DNA from: Myxococcota bacterium
GTDB lineage: Bacteria; Myxococcota_A; SURF-8; G963663525
NCBI GenBank assembly: GCA_963676915.2
Contig: CAXXVK010000043.1
Span: forward strand, 224,001-288,000
DNA length: 64,000 bases
Direction of reading: 5' to 3'
Shown here: positions 40,892-52,398 of the stretch, piece after piece
Layout of the letters: each line of letters starts with the position of its first letter
Position numbering within the stretch: the first letter of the stretch is position 1
Translations under genes and position numbers: made by a program
The notes under the pieces: generated by a model
Seen by the model: the letters and a program-made list of their open reading frames with translations, nothing else
What the model was told of the DNA's origin: nothing
Databases searched by the model: none

Positions 40892-42994
40892 ATGCCGGAG
40901 ATTTCGACAGGTGAATGGATTGCTTTTATCTTGATGTTCCTTGTGGGCATCGTCACGTTTCTGTACGTCGCCTATAGCCGAATTCAACTGCTGCTTCTGG
41001 CTCAGCCCGAAAATCGCTTCGACAACCTGCCCAAACGGGTGCTGTTGGCGATCAAGTACGGCTTCGGACAGTACAAAATGCCGGATGAAGTCTCGGCGGG
41101 ATTGTTGCACATCACGATTTTCGCGGGTTTCATGACCGTTTCCCTGCGGACCATCATGCTTTTTGCACAAGGCTTGATCGGTGACTACCACTTCCATCTC
41201 TGGGTGTTGGGACCGGAGCAGCCGCTTGGCATGCTGTACGCTTTCGTCAAGGATTTCATCTCCTTGTTCGTCATCGTCGCCTGTTTTGGTTTCATGTACC
41301 GGCGGATGATCAGCAAGCCCGTACGGATGCAGAACATCGTGGTTTGGGAACCGGTCGTGATTCTCTTCTGGATCTCCGGCCTGATGCTGACGGACTTCTT
41401 CATTGAAGGCGCGTTGTTGCATGTGTCCAACGGTGGATTGACCTTCCTGCCAGCTCCCATCACCTACATTGCGGCGCATTTGATCAGCCCAGAATCCGTT
41501 ACCGGATGGTTGAAGGTCAATTTCTGGATTCACACCGCGATGATCTTGATTTTCCTCAACTATCTCCCCTTCGGAAAGCACTTCCACGTGTTGACGGCTA
41601 TCCCTAATATCTTCCTTGGACGCCTGGGCCCTCCGGGAAAAATCAAGTCCATCGACAACCTGGAAGAACTGTTCGAGAAAATGGAAGAAGAAGAAGTGGT
41701 CATCGGCGTGGCCGAGCCGGAGCACTTCACCTGGAAAACCCTGCTTGACGTGTACACCTGCACCCAATGTGGTCGTTGCGTGCCGTTTTGTCCGGCCTGG
41801 AGCACGGACAAACCCTTGAGCCTGCGGCAGGTGAATAAAGACATCCGCCACCATCTGATGGATAAATCCGCTTATCTGCTGGAAACCAACGGCAAACCGA
41901 GTGGCGAGAAAAAGGAATGGGAACACGAACCCATGACCGGCACGACGTTGTCCACCGATACGATCTGGGCTTGCACGATGTGCCGCGACTGCGAAGAGCG
42001 TTGCCCGGTGTTGATCGAGCAGGTGTCGAAGATTACCGAAATGCGTCGTTATCTCAATATGATCGAGGGCAATATTCCCGACGAACTGACGCAGATGTTC
42101 CGTGGTCTGGAACGCAACTCCAACCCTTGGGGCTTGGGCTATGACCAGCGTGGCAAATGGATCGATGACAACCCCGACTTGGGTGTCCAGCGTTTCGCCG
42201 AAGTGGAAAATCCCGAGGAAATCGAGTACTTGTTCTTCGTCGGTTGCATGGGTAGTTTCGATGATCGCTCCGTGCGCGTGTCCAAAGCGTTGTGCAAGAT
42301 CATGAACGAAGCCGGAATCAAGTTTGCCGTATTGGGCGAAGAAGAACAATGCAGTGGTGATACCGCCCGCCGACTGGGTAACGAATATCTGGCCCAGATG
42401 CAGATGCAGATGAACCTCACCGCGATGAAAATGTACGGTGTAAAGAAAGTCGTCACCAACTGCCCGCACTGCTTCAACACGCTGAAAAACGAGTATGCCG
42501 ACATCATCGTAACGGATGAAGAAACCGAAGAAACCTTTAAGTATTCCTTCGATGAAGTCATCCACGGTCAGGTGCTTGTCAAACGTCTGCTGGACGAAGG
42601 CCGGATCTCGATCAATAGCGAAGCTTTGGGTGAGATCGCCTATCACGACAGTTGTTTCATGGGACGCTACAACGACATTTACGATGAGCCGCGCCAGTTG
42701 ATCGAAGCCTGCGGCGGCAAAGTCGTTAACCCGAGCCTGCATCACAACCATTCGTTCTGCTGTGGCGCGGGCGGTGGCCGGATGTGGATGGAAGAAGAAC
42801 AACCCCGCGTCAACGACAAACGCTTCAAAGAAATCATGGAAACCACGAACGATCCCGAACTGATCGGCGTGTCCTGTCCCTTCTGTATGACGATGATCAC
42901 CGACGGCAGCAAGAATGCCAACCGTGACGAAGACGTGAAAATCAAGGACGTGATCGAACTCGTTGCCGACGCCCTCGTGGTCCGGGAAAAGTAG
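40892..42994 (+). CDS. Membrane-bound Fe-S oxidoreductase, FadF/HdrDE-like (NarI-like membrane domain, 2x[4Fe-4S], two CCG domains)
   Basis: N-terminal TM helices with GKHFH, CTQCGRC...CP, CTMCRDCEERCP, FVGC, CPHC, YHDSC, CCGAGGG, CPFC. Confidence 0.85.
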   Translation: MPEISTGEWIAFILMFLVGIVTFLYVAYSRIQLLLLAQPENRFDNLPKRVLLAIKYGFGQYKMPDEVSAGLLHITIFAGFMTVSLRTIMLFAQGLIGDYHFHLWVLGPEQPLGMLYAFVKDFISLFVIVACFGFMYRRMISKPVRMQNIVVWEPVVILFWISGLMLTDFFIEGALLHVSNGGLTFLPAPITYIAAHLISPESVTGWLKVNFWIHTAMILIFLNYLPFGKHFHVLTAIPNIFLGRLGPPGKIKSIDNLEELFEKMEEEEVVIGVAEPEHFTWKTLLDVYTCTQCGRCVPFCPAWSTDKPLSLRQVNKDIRHHLMDKSAYLLETNGKPSGEKKEWEHEPMTGTTLSTDTIWACTMCRDCEERCPVLIEQVSKITEMRRYLNMIEGNIPDELTQMFRGLERNSNPWGLGYDQRGKWIDDNPDLGVQRFAEVENPEEIEYLFFVGCMGSFDDRSVRVSKALCKIMNEAGIKFAVLGEEEQCSGDTARRLGNEYLAQMQMQMNLTAMKMYGVKKVVTNCPHCFNTLKNEYADIIVTDEETEETFKYSFDEVIHGQVLVKRLLDEGRISINSEALGEIAYHDSCFMGRYNDIYDEPRQLIEACGGKVVNPSLHHNHSFCCGAGGGRMWMEEEQPRVNDKRFKEIMETTNDPELIGVSCPFCMTMITDGSKNANRDEDVKIKDVIELVADALVVREK

Positions 42995-42997
42995 CCT

Positions 42998-43729
42998 ATG
43001 AAACGGATTGATTCAATACGTCTCCTTTGTGTGTTGCTTATCACGATTTTTGTGACAGCGGGTTGTTGCGAGTCGGACGATTGCGACTGCGGTAATATAA
43101 CGCCTTCCGGGGACGACGAAGTATCTGCCGATGGCGAGACGACCTGTGAAAACAACAGCTTCAGTTGCTCCGAGGACGCAGAAACCGTATTGAAGTGCGT
43201 AAACGGACAGTGGGTGGAGCACGAGCTTTGCGGGTGTCCGACCTGTAAAAAAGGACGCTGCTGGGACATCGCCGACTATTGTCACTACATGCCGGATTCC
43301 TGTGAGGATGGCCGGTTGACACTCAAACGGCAGGTGGACGAGGAATGCTGCGAAGTGTACCAATCCATGACCTGTCCGTCTTCGACGTCCTGTTCTCCGA
43401 TGCTGGGCTGCGTGTTTTCCCAGGTTGATAACTGTGAGGAAAACACCACGGCTTGCGCCAGCGATGGCAAAACCGTGCGGATCTGTCGCAATGGCAAATT
43501 CGCGGTGCTCAATGAGTGTCCCTGTGGCTGTCGCAACGGTGGATGCATCACGAACGATGGGCTTCGTTGCACCTACAGTTTCCATAGCTGCAAGTCCAAC
43601 GGTGTGGAAGTTCTTTCGCTGGAAGGCGATAACGGTGCATGTTGTCAGGCCGGAATGGAAGGCTATTGCGAAGCTTTCGAAGAAGCCTGCTACCCGGATC
43701 GGGGATGCTCGCCGTTGATCCTTGAATAG
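42998..43729 (+). CDS. Cys-rich lipoprotein with two internal repeats
   Basis: Lipobox-like TAGC and a duplicated Cys pattern. Confidence 0.7.
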   Translation: MKRIDSIRLLCVLLITIFVTAGCCESDDCDCGNITPSGDDEVSADGETTCENNSFSCSEDAETVLKCVNGQWVEHELCGCPTCKKGRCWDIADYCHYMPDSCEDGRLTLKRQVDEECCEVYQSMTCPSSTSCSPMLGCVFSQVDNCEENTTACASDGKTVRICRNGKFAVLNECPCGCRNGGCITNDGLRCTYSFHSCKSNGVEVLSLEGDNGACCQAGMEGYCEAFEEACYPDRGCSPLILE

Positions 43730-43816
43730 CGTGAAGAAGGTTTGACAAAACCTCTACGATCCTAGTACGGTCCTTACATAACGTAAGGGCCGTTTTTTTA
43801 TCGAGAATCACGTTTT

Positions 43817-44839
43817 ATGACTTCATCTACTCCCCGAAAACCGATCAAGCGCCGCCGATTGAGCGTGGAAGACTACGAGCGAGGCGTGCTTGCCGGTGAC
43901 AAGTCCATCCTGGCGCGGGCGATCACGCTTGTGGAAAGCGAACGTCCCGAACATCAGGAAAATGCTCAGGAATTGCTCGTCCGGTTGCTGCCCCATGCGG
44001 GGAACGCGCACCGAATCGGCATTACCGGTGTTCCTGGCGTCGGAAAAAGCACGCTGATCGAAACGTTCGGCAAGCAATTGACCGCCAAGGGACATCGGGT
44101 GGCGGTGCTGGCGGTCGATCCCACAAGCCGGGTCAGTGGTGGCAGCATTCTGGGAGATAAAACCCGCATGGAAACGCTGGCGACCGACGAAAACGCCTTT
44201 ATTCGTCCTTCTCCCACCGGAGGGCATTTGGGAGGCGTTGGGCGAAAAACCCGTGAAACGTCCATCGTTTGTGAAGCTGCCGGGTACGATGTCATCCTCG
44301 TTGAAACCGTGGGAGTGGGGCAATCGGAGACTGTGGTTGCCGGAATGGTGGATATCTTTCTGGTGCTGATGTTGCCTGGTGCAGGGGATGAGTTACAGGG
44401 CATCAAGCGCGGGATTCTCGAATTGGCGGACCTTATCGTGGTCAACAAGGCCGATGGTGATCGCAAAAAAGCCCTGTTGGCGCGTCAGGAATATATGTCC
44501 GCCCTGAAATACACCCGTTCGGCCAGTCGTCATTGGAAACCGCCGGTTACGACGTGTAGCGGATTGACCGGCGAAGGGTTGGACGAGCTTTGGCGGCTGA
44601 TTCTCGAACATCGCAAGACCCTGGAACAAAACGGAGAATGGGACGAAAAGCGTTCCCGGCAGCGACTCGAATGGATGTGGAACACGGTCGAGCAACGCCT
44701 GATGGCTGCGCTAAAAAACCATCCCGACGTTCGCAACCATTTGAAAGAATTGGAACATCTTGTGTTGAAGGGGGAAATCACTCCCACACTCGCCGCTGAA
44801 GATCTTTTGCGCAAATTCGGATTGCATCACGACGAATAG
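43817..44839 (+). CDS. meaB: Methylmalonyl-CoA mutase-associated GTPase MeaB
   Basis: GITGVPGVGKST, AVDPTS..SGGSILGDKTRM, ETVGVGQSE, GDELQGIK, NKAD. Confidence 0.95.
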   Translation: MTSSTPRKPIKRRRLSVEDYERGVLAGDKSILARAITLVESERPEHQENAQELLVRLLPHAGNAHRIGITGVPGVGKSTLIETFGKQLTAKGHRVAVLAVDPTSRVSGGSILGDKTRMETLATDENAFIRPSPTGGHLGGVGRKTRETSIVCEAAGYDVILVETVGVGQSETVVAGMVDIFLVLMLPGAGDELQGIKRGILELADLIVVNKADGDRKKALLARQEYMSALKYTRSASRHWKPPVTTCSGLTGEGLDELWRLILEHRKTLEQNGEWDEKRSRQRLEWMWNTVEQRLMAALKNHPDVRNHLKELEHLVLKGEITPTLAAEDLLRKFGLHHDE

Positions 44840-45544
44840 CAGGCGTAAATCCACTGGTTGAGGACGTTGGCCAGTCCGTGAAAAAGGATCGGTGCGGCGA
44901 CGCCGCCGGTTTTTGCACGCAGCCAGCCGAACACCAGCGATGGAAAGAACACGGCCAGCCGGAAAGGGTGCGGCGTCAGAGCGAGGTGTCCAACGGCGAA
45001 CAGCAGGCTGGTCAGCACGATTCCCCACCCAATGGAAACTCCCAGGAACGAAAACCAGGGTTTGAAATGTTTTTCGAATACCGGTTGCATCCAACCCCGG
45101 TAAAAAACCTCTTCCGGGAGGGCAACCACGAAAATTTGTGTCGCCAGTAGCAGAAGCAGGTTTTCTTTGGGGAAGGTAAAAGCGAAAGATTGCCCGAATC
45201 CGTAGCTGAACCAGCCGTGTGCGCCGAGAATGAACGGTGGGAAAATCACCAGCACCGCGAGCAGTCCCCAGCCGAGATCCCGAAACAGGTGTTTAACGTG
45301 CAATCCCCACGTCGCCAAAGTTCCTTGCGTCGGTCGATGAAAACGATCGGGAGGTAGACCATCGCTGCAAGCAGCAGAGATACACATATTCCTGCACTGC
45401 CGAGGGTAGCAGGTGGGCGGTAATCGCAATCGATAGGCTGATTCCTGCAAATGGCAGCAGAACGAGACGCAATTCGGGAGGCGGTAGCTCCTCCCGTAGG
45501 GAACTTTCGGTTAAAACTGGCGGAGTCTCCGTCACCGCTTCCAC
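44827..45544 (-). CDS. CPBP-family intramembrane glutamic protease, myxosortase (MrtC)-like; frameshifted 5' part
   Basis: VVALPEEVFYRG, LFAVGH, RLAVFFPSLVFGWLR.KTG, HGLAN. The N-terminus is split across ORFs 45293..45544 and 44827..45450. Confidence 0.7.
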
Positions 45545-47048
45545 CGATCGAAAATCTCTAAAACCGTCTCGACCATTTTGTCTCGATTTACTTCCATCTG
45601 GGCGGGTTGATCTTTGCGCCAGGTTTCGTGATCCTCGATTTCACTGGATAATTCGGCCCCCATGCGAAGATCCTTGATCGAGATCCGACCGTTTTCGAAT
45701 TCATTCGAACCCATGATGACCGCAACCGGACAGCCGCGTTGGTCGGCGTATTTCAACTGCTTTTTGAAATTTCCGCCGCCATGGAACATTTCCGCCCGGA
45801 TGCCGTGACCACGCAGTTCGAACACCAGTTTCTGATATTCTTCCGTCAGCGATTTATCCATCGTCGTAATCAAGACCGGGGGTAGGGGGGCGTCCGTTTC
45901 TTTGGATTCGATCAACTTCAGTGCTTCGATCAATCGATCTACTCCGATGGAAGCGCCGGTAGCCGGGACTTTCTCCCCGGTGAAGCGTTGAATCAAGGTA
46001 TCGTAGCGTCCTCCGCCGCCGACCGAACCGAAACGGACGCTTCGGCCTTTTTCATCCACGGTTTCGAGAGTCAGCTCCGCTTCGAATACGGGGCCGGTAT
46101 AATATCCCAGGCCACGGATGATCGTGGGGTCGAGTCCGACCCGTTCTTCGTCGTATCCCGCTGCGGTTAACAAGGCATCGATCTGGCGTAATTCGTCGAT
46201 GCCTTCCGCACCGTTTTTTCGTGGATCCCACCTGTCGGTCCAGTGCTTCCAGAACTTCCGCACGGCTGGAAGCTTTCATGGAGAGGTCAAGGTAATCGAG
46301 GATCGGTCGGCGTTCGTCCGCTGTCAGTCCCGCACCCTTGATGAATGCGCCGGATTCGTCTTTGCGACCATCGCCGAGCAGCAGCTCGACGCCCTGGCGT
46401 CCGAGGCGGTCGAGTTTGTCCAGTGTTCGCATGACGATCACTGCCACTTCGACGGGTTTTTCGTTGATGAGGAGGGTTCGTCCTCCTTCGAGGGGAAGAC
46501 CGGCTTTTTCGAGCAAGCCGTTGATAATTTTACGGTTGTTGACGTTCATGCGGTACCCGCCACGAGGCAGTCCGATGGCTTCGAAGGCATCGCACAGCGC
46601 ACAGAGGATTTCTACATCCGCCGACATTTTCGCTGCGCCGACCGTGTCCAGATCGCATTGGGTGAACTGGCGAAAACGGCCCGGTCCCGGTTTTCGTAGC
46701 GGCAGACCGTGCCGATCTGGTAGCGCCGGAAAGGAGTGGGAAGGTCACGGCGGTTGGCGGCGAACATCCGGGAAAGCGGTGCGGTCAGGTCGTAGCGAAG
46801 CGCGATCCACTCCTCGTCATCGGGATTGCGAAAGGAAAACACGCCTTCTTCAGGGGTATCGGTATCCGCAGGTGTTTACCGAGCACGTCCAGGTATTCGA
46901 TCAGCGGCGTTTCGAGAGGAATGAAGCCGTACAGGTCGTATACGCCACGAATCTGCGAAATCATTCGTTCGCGATCCACGACGCTTTGGCCCATTACATC
47001 TCGGAATCCTTTGACAAGTCTCGGTTTCAACCGCTTTTGCTTCGCCAT
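45532..47048 (-). CDS. hisS: Histidyl-tRNA synthetase, several apparent frameshifts
   Basis: KGFRD, LETPLIEY, LRYDLTAPL, RRYQIG, IIRGLGYYTG.VFE, GGGGRYD and KKQLKYAD distributed over four or more frames. Confidence 0.9.
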
Positions 47049-47350
47049 GCCGACCTCCCGTGCCAAGCTGATTTCTTTCAGGGATTATGCATTAAATGTC
47101 CTGACTGGCAATGAAAAGAATGCAGGAAAGTGGCCAATTTTACGTGGACTGGCTCTTGTTTGGAGGTTCGTTGATGGTTTCGTCGCTTTTTTTGAATGTA
47201 CAGCTTTGGGTGGGAATTGTTCACAATCGGACCAAAGCTTGACAGATTCCGTCAAACCGCCAACAATCGGAAAAAATCGTAACGATGCAAATCAATCGAC
47301 ATCCGATACGTCTAATGGAAAAAGCATCCATTTCATATGAGGCGAGAAAT

Positions 47351-50300
47351 ATGTCACACGGGAAATGTTTCGTGATTTCGCTCCTTTTATTGTTTGCAAT
47401 CCTATTGGTTGGTTGCGATTCCGGGGTCGTCTTCATTCTTTTTCGGAGATTCGGAAGAGTCGGATGACCTAAGTTGTACGCCCGGCCAGCACGCCGAGTG
47501 CGACCGTTCCGGCGGGAACTGGTTGTGTTCGGCGGATGGGGAATGCATCGAGATCGGCGATTGTACCAGCGACGAGCAATGCCGCTCCTGGCGTACCGAT
47601 GCCACTCAGTCCGTATGTATTTTAGGAATCTGTAGCTGGACTGGCGATGTCGTTCCGGCGGATGAGGATGACACGGAGTCGGATTTTGCCGATGAAAACG
47701 TTGATTCCGACCCCGAAAGCCTGCTGGGTTGCAGCGACTGGAAGAGGATCTACCAAGGGGATTTGTGCGGGCAGACGGTACGGCTTTACATCGATCTGGA
47801 TGAAGATTGCGAAGGTGTGGTGTCGATTCCCGAGTTGATCGCTTCGGGGGAAGCCGATACTTCGGGGTATCTTGAATTTTCCAATGGATGCACCGGACAA
47901 CGGGTTCCGGGTGGTGTGAACCTGACCTGCGGGGATTGCCAGACGTTTCTTTCGCCGCTTCAAAGCTCTCACGAAGGCCGCTTGATCGCTTCTTCCGATA
48001 GGCTCGACTTCGGAAGCGTGCCTTTCGGAAACTCGCAGTTTAAAACCCTCTTTTTGAATGTCGAGAACGGTTCGGTGGAAATTCTTTCATGGAAGATTGT
48101 TTCCGAAGCGGATTTCGATCTGTACGAAGCTTCCGATAGTGACTTGCCGGTGTTGATCGAAGAGAACGATTCGTTCGGTCTCAACGTGATGTATTCCAAC
48201 AGTCGTCACCCTGTAACGAAGAAACCGGAGTTCTATGGATTTACACGTCTTCTTCCGAAACGCCGGTTCTTTCCATCGTTTTGATGGCTCGTGACTACAG
48301 TGCAGATTGTCACGAGTTGAATGTCGAACCCACGGCTCTCGATTTCGGTACGCTCAGTTCTGCCTCTCCCCAGGAAAGAGAGTTCGTTCTGGCGAAGGAA
48401 AGACCAGACTCCGGAGAATTTTTGACTGTCGTGTCCGTAGAATTCGTACCGGTTCCGGATAGTGATGACCTGGAAAATGCCGGTGGTGCTTTCACGTTGC
48501 TGCTGTTTACGTCAACGAATCAGCCACCCCAAAATGTGTATAACGAGTCCCTTACTTATACGGTTCGTTGCCAGCCGATTCCTTCGTTGCACCAACCCGA
48601 AGAAATTCTCACCGGACGGATCCGTGTCACTTACACCTACGGATATAATTTCGTTGAAATGGACCTCGAAATCGATCTCGTCGCTCAGGTTGAAGCTTAT
48701 CGCCCTGCGTGCATCGATATCAACCCTGACGAGGGAATTCCTAACGTCTGGTCGGAGGTCGAGCCGGGACCGGGGATCGATTTCGGCGTTCGGACGGTAG
48801 GAGAAACGGTATCAAGGACACTGGAAATCGTCAACTGCGGTGATGAAACATTGGCTGTTTCCGGAATTATTTACAACGGGTCTGTCATGCCTTCCGTTCC
48901 CAATCCTTTTATGGTGGAGGTTGCCGGTTCCTTCGAAGTGCCTCCACGGCAAACCAAAGAGATTCCCGTGAAATTTTATCCCACAGAGGATGATCCTACG
49001 GAAACTTACGGCAAAGTACATCGTTCAATCCAATGCGGTCGAAGCCGCTGGTATCGAACCTACACGTTTGGGAAATTGTTTTACAGACTCGGATTGCGAC
49101 GTGTTCGAGCAATATTGCACCTGTGAAGAGCAGACGTGCGCCTGCGTCGATGTGGAAAAGTAGAATTCGGCTTGAGGGGGGCGTGGAGGCTCGCGGGGAG
49201 ATCCGAATCGAGCCATCGGAGATCGATTGCGGAGTCATTGGGGTCGGTGTGTTCGTCCGTGGAATACGATGTGACCGTATTAGTATGGGAAGCCTTCCGT
49301 TTACGATCGAAAACATAGGTTTCGGGAATGAACAGACACCGAATTTCAGCTTGTACGGCTTGCCGCAATTGCCGTTGACGTTGAGCGAAAACGCTTCTCC
49401 CGATAGTGCGACATTCCATGTCATCTGCCATCCACAGGATGTCGGAAACCATGAGACGACGGTTCAGGTCGTTTCAAATCAAGGGGCAGATCACTACGAT
49501 ATCGGGGTGAAGGCCGAAGGAGTCATCCGTAGGAGTCGTATGGACCGCTTCGTCGTTCCGACGTCCCGATGGTGGATATGCTCTGGGTGATCGACGATTC
49601 CGGGTCGATGAGCGATGAGCAGTCCGCTTTGGCCACCAATTCCGAGGCGTTTATCGACAGGCCGTGCAATCCGGCGCGGACGTTCAAATCGCAATCACGA
49701 CCATGAGCATCGGCTATGGAGGAGGAGAACTGGTAGGCGATCGGGAATCATACGCTTCGGTGCCCCGGACAACTCCGGCATGTCGGCGAACGAGGCGGTG
49801 GAAGCATTCAATGCCAACGTGCAGGGAACCATTGGTGGTGGAGGTGGGTCCGAACGCGGGTTCGACGTAGCCATCTCGGCGTTGGGTGTGCCGCGTCCCG
49901 GTGACAATCAGGAGCCGTTGATTCGCGAAAACGCTGTGTTATCGGTCGTGTTCGTGTCCGACGAGGATGACCAGTCGATAGGTGATGTTGATTTTTATAT
50001 AGATTATTTCAAGTCGTTCAAAGGTGCACAAGATGCTGAAATGCTTCAGTTTTTCGCAATTGTAGGTGATGGTAATCCGCTTGGAGGTTGTGCGAATCTT
50101 CAAACCGGTTCTACAGCGAAGTGCCGGAGATCGATACATTGAGGTGGCCGACCAATGCAACACCCATCCGGGAAGTCACTTCATGTCTATCTGTGAAGAT
50201 GATTGGACGGAGGTGTTCCAGAACATCAGCGACGTGCTGTTTTCATTCACTTACGTTCACTTGCGACTGTATTTCCTCGGACAGGTTCCCGTGACCGGAA

Positions 50301-50452
50301 CGTTGGCGATTCTCGTGGACGGAGCCGGTTGGAATCCGGACTGGTGGAGCTACGATGCTACCAACAACGCCATTCGTTTCGAACAGGGGCACCATCCGGC
50401 ACCGGGTTCTACCGTGCTTGTTTCCTATCAAGCCGATTCGTGCTCGCCGTAA
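47351..50452 (+). CDS. Large lipoprotein: Cys-rich N-terminus, Ig-like (ASH/choice-of-anchor D-like) repeats, C-terminal VWA; multiple frameshifts
   Basis: Lipobox LVGC; repeated LDFG/IDFG starts; MIDAS-like VDMLWVIDDSGSM near 49570-49610; VVFVSDEDDQS; WSYDATNNAIRF. Confidence 0.62.
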
Positions 50453-50633
50453 TTTTAGCCCGCATACTTCATGAGGATCGTAGCGAGACGCCGAAAACCG
50501 AAGAACTTTCATGAAGTTGGAGTGATTTTTTTACGGAAGCATACTTGACAGTATGTTGAGTATAAAAAATCGGGAAACGAGTGAAAGATCAAAAGTTTTC
50601 AAGTCGTAGGTGATTCTTCATGAATTATGCGGG

Positions 50634-51260
50634 TTAGCTTTTAGCAAGATTTTCGGTGCCGTACTTTTCGACGATGGCCGCCATCATTCGTTCCAGGGGA
50701 AGGTCGTTTTCCGGCTCGAAGTAGCGTAGATATTCGAAATGGGGACGTCCGGCAAGATCGGTGGAAGGCAAGAGGGCGTCGTGGCGTCCGTCGAAGTCTA
50801 TCGTTCGAAACCCTTGAGAATCACAGAGCTTTTTCTCGAAAGCCGGGGTGGCTTTTAGCCATTTTCCTTCAATCAGAACTTCATTGTATCCGTGGTAAAC
50901 GAATACGTCGGTTCCCATCAGTGCGTACAGAGCCGGAGACATCCTATGGCTGCGGATGTTGGCGAAGCGCAGACGACAGGGGAGTCCTGCCGCTCTGCAA
51001 AGGGCCGAAAAAACCAAGGCTTTTTGCACGCAGAAGCCGTACCCTTCTTTCAAGGTTGAACTGGCTTTGAATTTTGAGGGGTCATCCAAGGGAACCATCG
51101 GCGTGTAAACGATGCCATCCCTTACCCGTAAAAAGATCTTTGCGGCTTTCTCGTGGTCAGGCAGACCGCTGAGATTCAACGTTGCGACCTCTTCACGGAC
51201 CCGCTCGTGCTCGGTGTCGATGTAAAATGTCGCCGCAAGACTGGGATTGTCGGGATTCAT
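50634..51260 (-). CDS. Transglutaminase-like protein
   Basis: VRDGIVY, GFCVQKA (catalytic Cys), YHGYNEV..EGKWLKATP. Confidence 0.82.
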   Translation of the reverse strand: MNPDNPSLAATFYIDTEHERVREEVATLNLSGLPDHEKAAKIFLRVRDGIVYTPMVPLDDPSKFKASSTLKEGYGFCVQKALVFSALCRAAGLPCRLRFANIRSHRMSPALYALMGTDVFVYHGYNEVLIEGKWLKATPAFEKKLCDSQGFRTIDFDGRHDALLPSTDLAGRPHFEYLRYFEPENDLPLERMMAAIVEKYGTENLAKS

Positions 51261-51285
51261 GGACGAAATTCCGAAAGTGTCCCCA

Positions 51286-52107
51286 TTATCGTTTCTTTTT
51301 CTTGGCTTTGATGACGGGGGCTTCGGTGTTGCCGAGGATCAACGGCAGGCCGTCCTTTCCGCCACCGACGACGACGATTTTGGAGTTCTCGCTTTCCGCC
51401 AACTTCAACGTCGCTTCGATGCCTTTCCAGCGAAGTAGATTCTCGGTGATGCCGGTCGAGACGATGGCCTGGAAATCGGCGATACCTTTGGCTTCCACTT
51501 TTTTCCGTTCGGCTTCCCGTTTTTCCTTTTCGAGAACGAAAAGCATCCGTTCGGCTTCCTGCTTTTCGGAAAGCTTTCGCTGGATGGCATCCTCGACCAC
51601 TTTCGGGAAATCCATGTTGCGGAGCAGAATCTGCTGTACTTCAAAGAACTTGCTGGGCAGGTTCTCGCTGAGTTTGGATTGAATGTCCACCTGGATTTGC
51701 GGTCGGTTCATGTAGGCTTCGGTACTCTCGTAGGCTGCGATCACCTCCCGCGCAACGTTACGTAGTGTCGGTCGGATAATGGTGTCCTCGTACACCGGAC
51801 CGAGTTCCTTGTGCAGCATGCCGACACGATCGGGGATCACGCGGAAGCGGATGGACACCTCGACGTTGATATTGAGCTGGTCTTTCGTGAGGATTTTCAG
51901 GTTTTCTTTGACGTCCTGGATACGGGAACTGTAGGAAATCACTCGGTTCCAAGGCGCGACGAGGTGAAAACCTTCGTGCAGGACGTTTTCCGTGTCGGTA
52001 CCGGTGCGCCAGTTGAAATATGCGCCGACGTGCCCAGACTCGACAACCGTACAACCGGTGGCCGAAAGAACCATCACTGCCAGAAATACCGCCAAAGACC
52101 TATGCAT
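51286..52107 (-). CDS. SPFH/prohibitin family membrane protein
   Basis: EGFHLVAPWN, LTKDQL, EAERK.VEAKGIADFQ, LLRWKGIEAT. Confidence 0.88.
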   Translation of the reverse strand: MHRSLAVFLAVMVLSATGCTVVESGHVGAYFNWRTGTDTENVLHEGFHLVAPWNRVISYSSRIQDVKENLKILTKDQLNINVEVSIRFRVIPDRVGMLHKELGPVYEDTIIRPTLRNVAREVIAAYESTEAYMNRPQIQVDIQSKLSENLPSKFFEVQQILLRNMDFPKVVEDAIQRKLSEKQEAERMLFVLEKEKREAERKKVEAKGIADFQAIVSTGITENLLRWKGIEATLKLAESENSKIVVVGGGKDGLPLILGNTEAPVIKAKKKKR

Positions 52108-52398
52108 GGGTGCCTCTTTCCATGTTTATCGTTCTTTTGTAACAGTTTGGCGAATCGATTTCCCCCGAATTCGCCACAATGGGGAGGTTGTATCAAATCC
52201 TCAAAGCAAAGCCAAGGGGAAAGGGCGAAAAAAGTAACGAATTCCGGGGGAACTGTTGGGTAAACGGAGGTCGGTCTCCTGCATCGTGTGGGACATGGTC
52301 CCGCCTGAAGGCAAAGGCACGATTTTCCTTGAACTTTTGTCGGGTTCGTTCTATTTTTCCTACCCAGTCGAACCTAGCAACGAATAAGGAGAATGGCC

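Noticed and set aside
45532-47048. hisS as a true pseudogene
   Set aside because: Essential gene with all motifs intact; indels are better explained as sequence errors.
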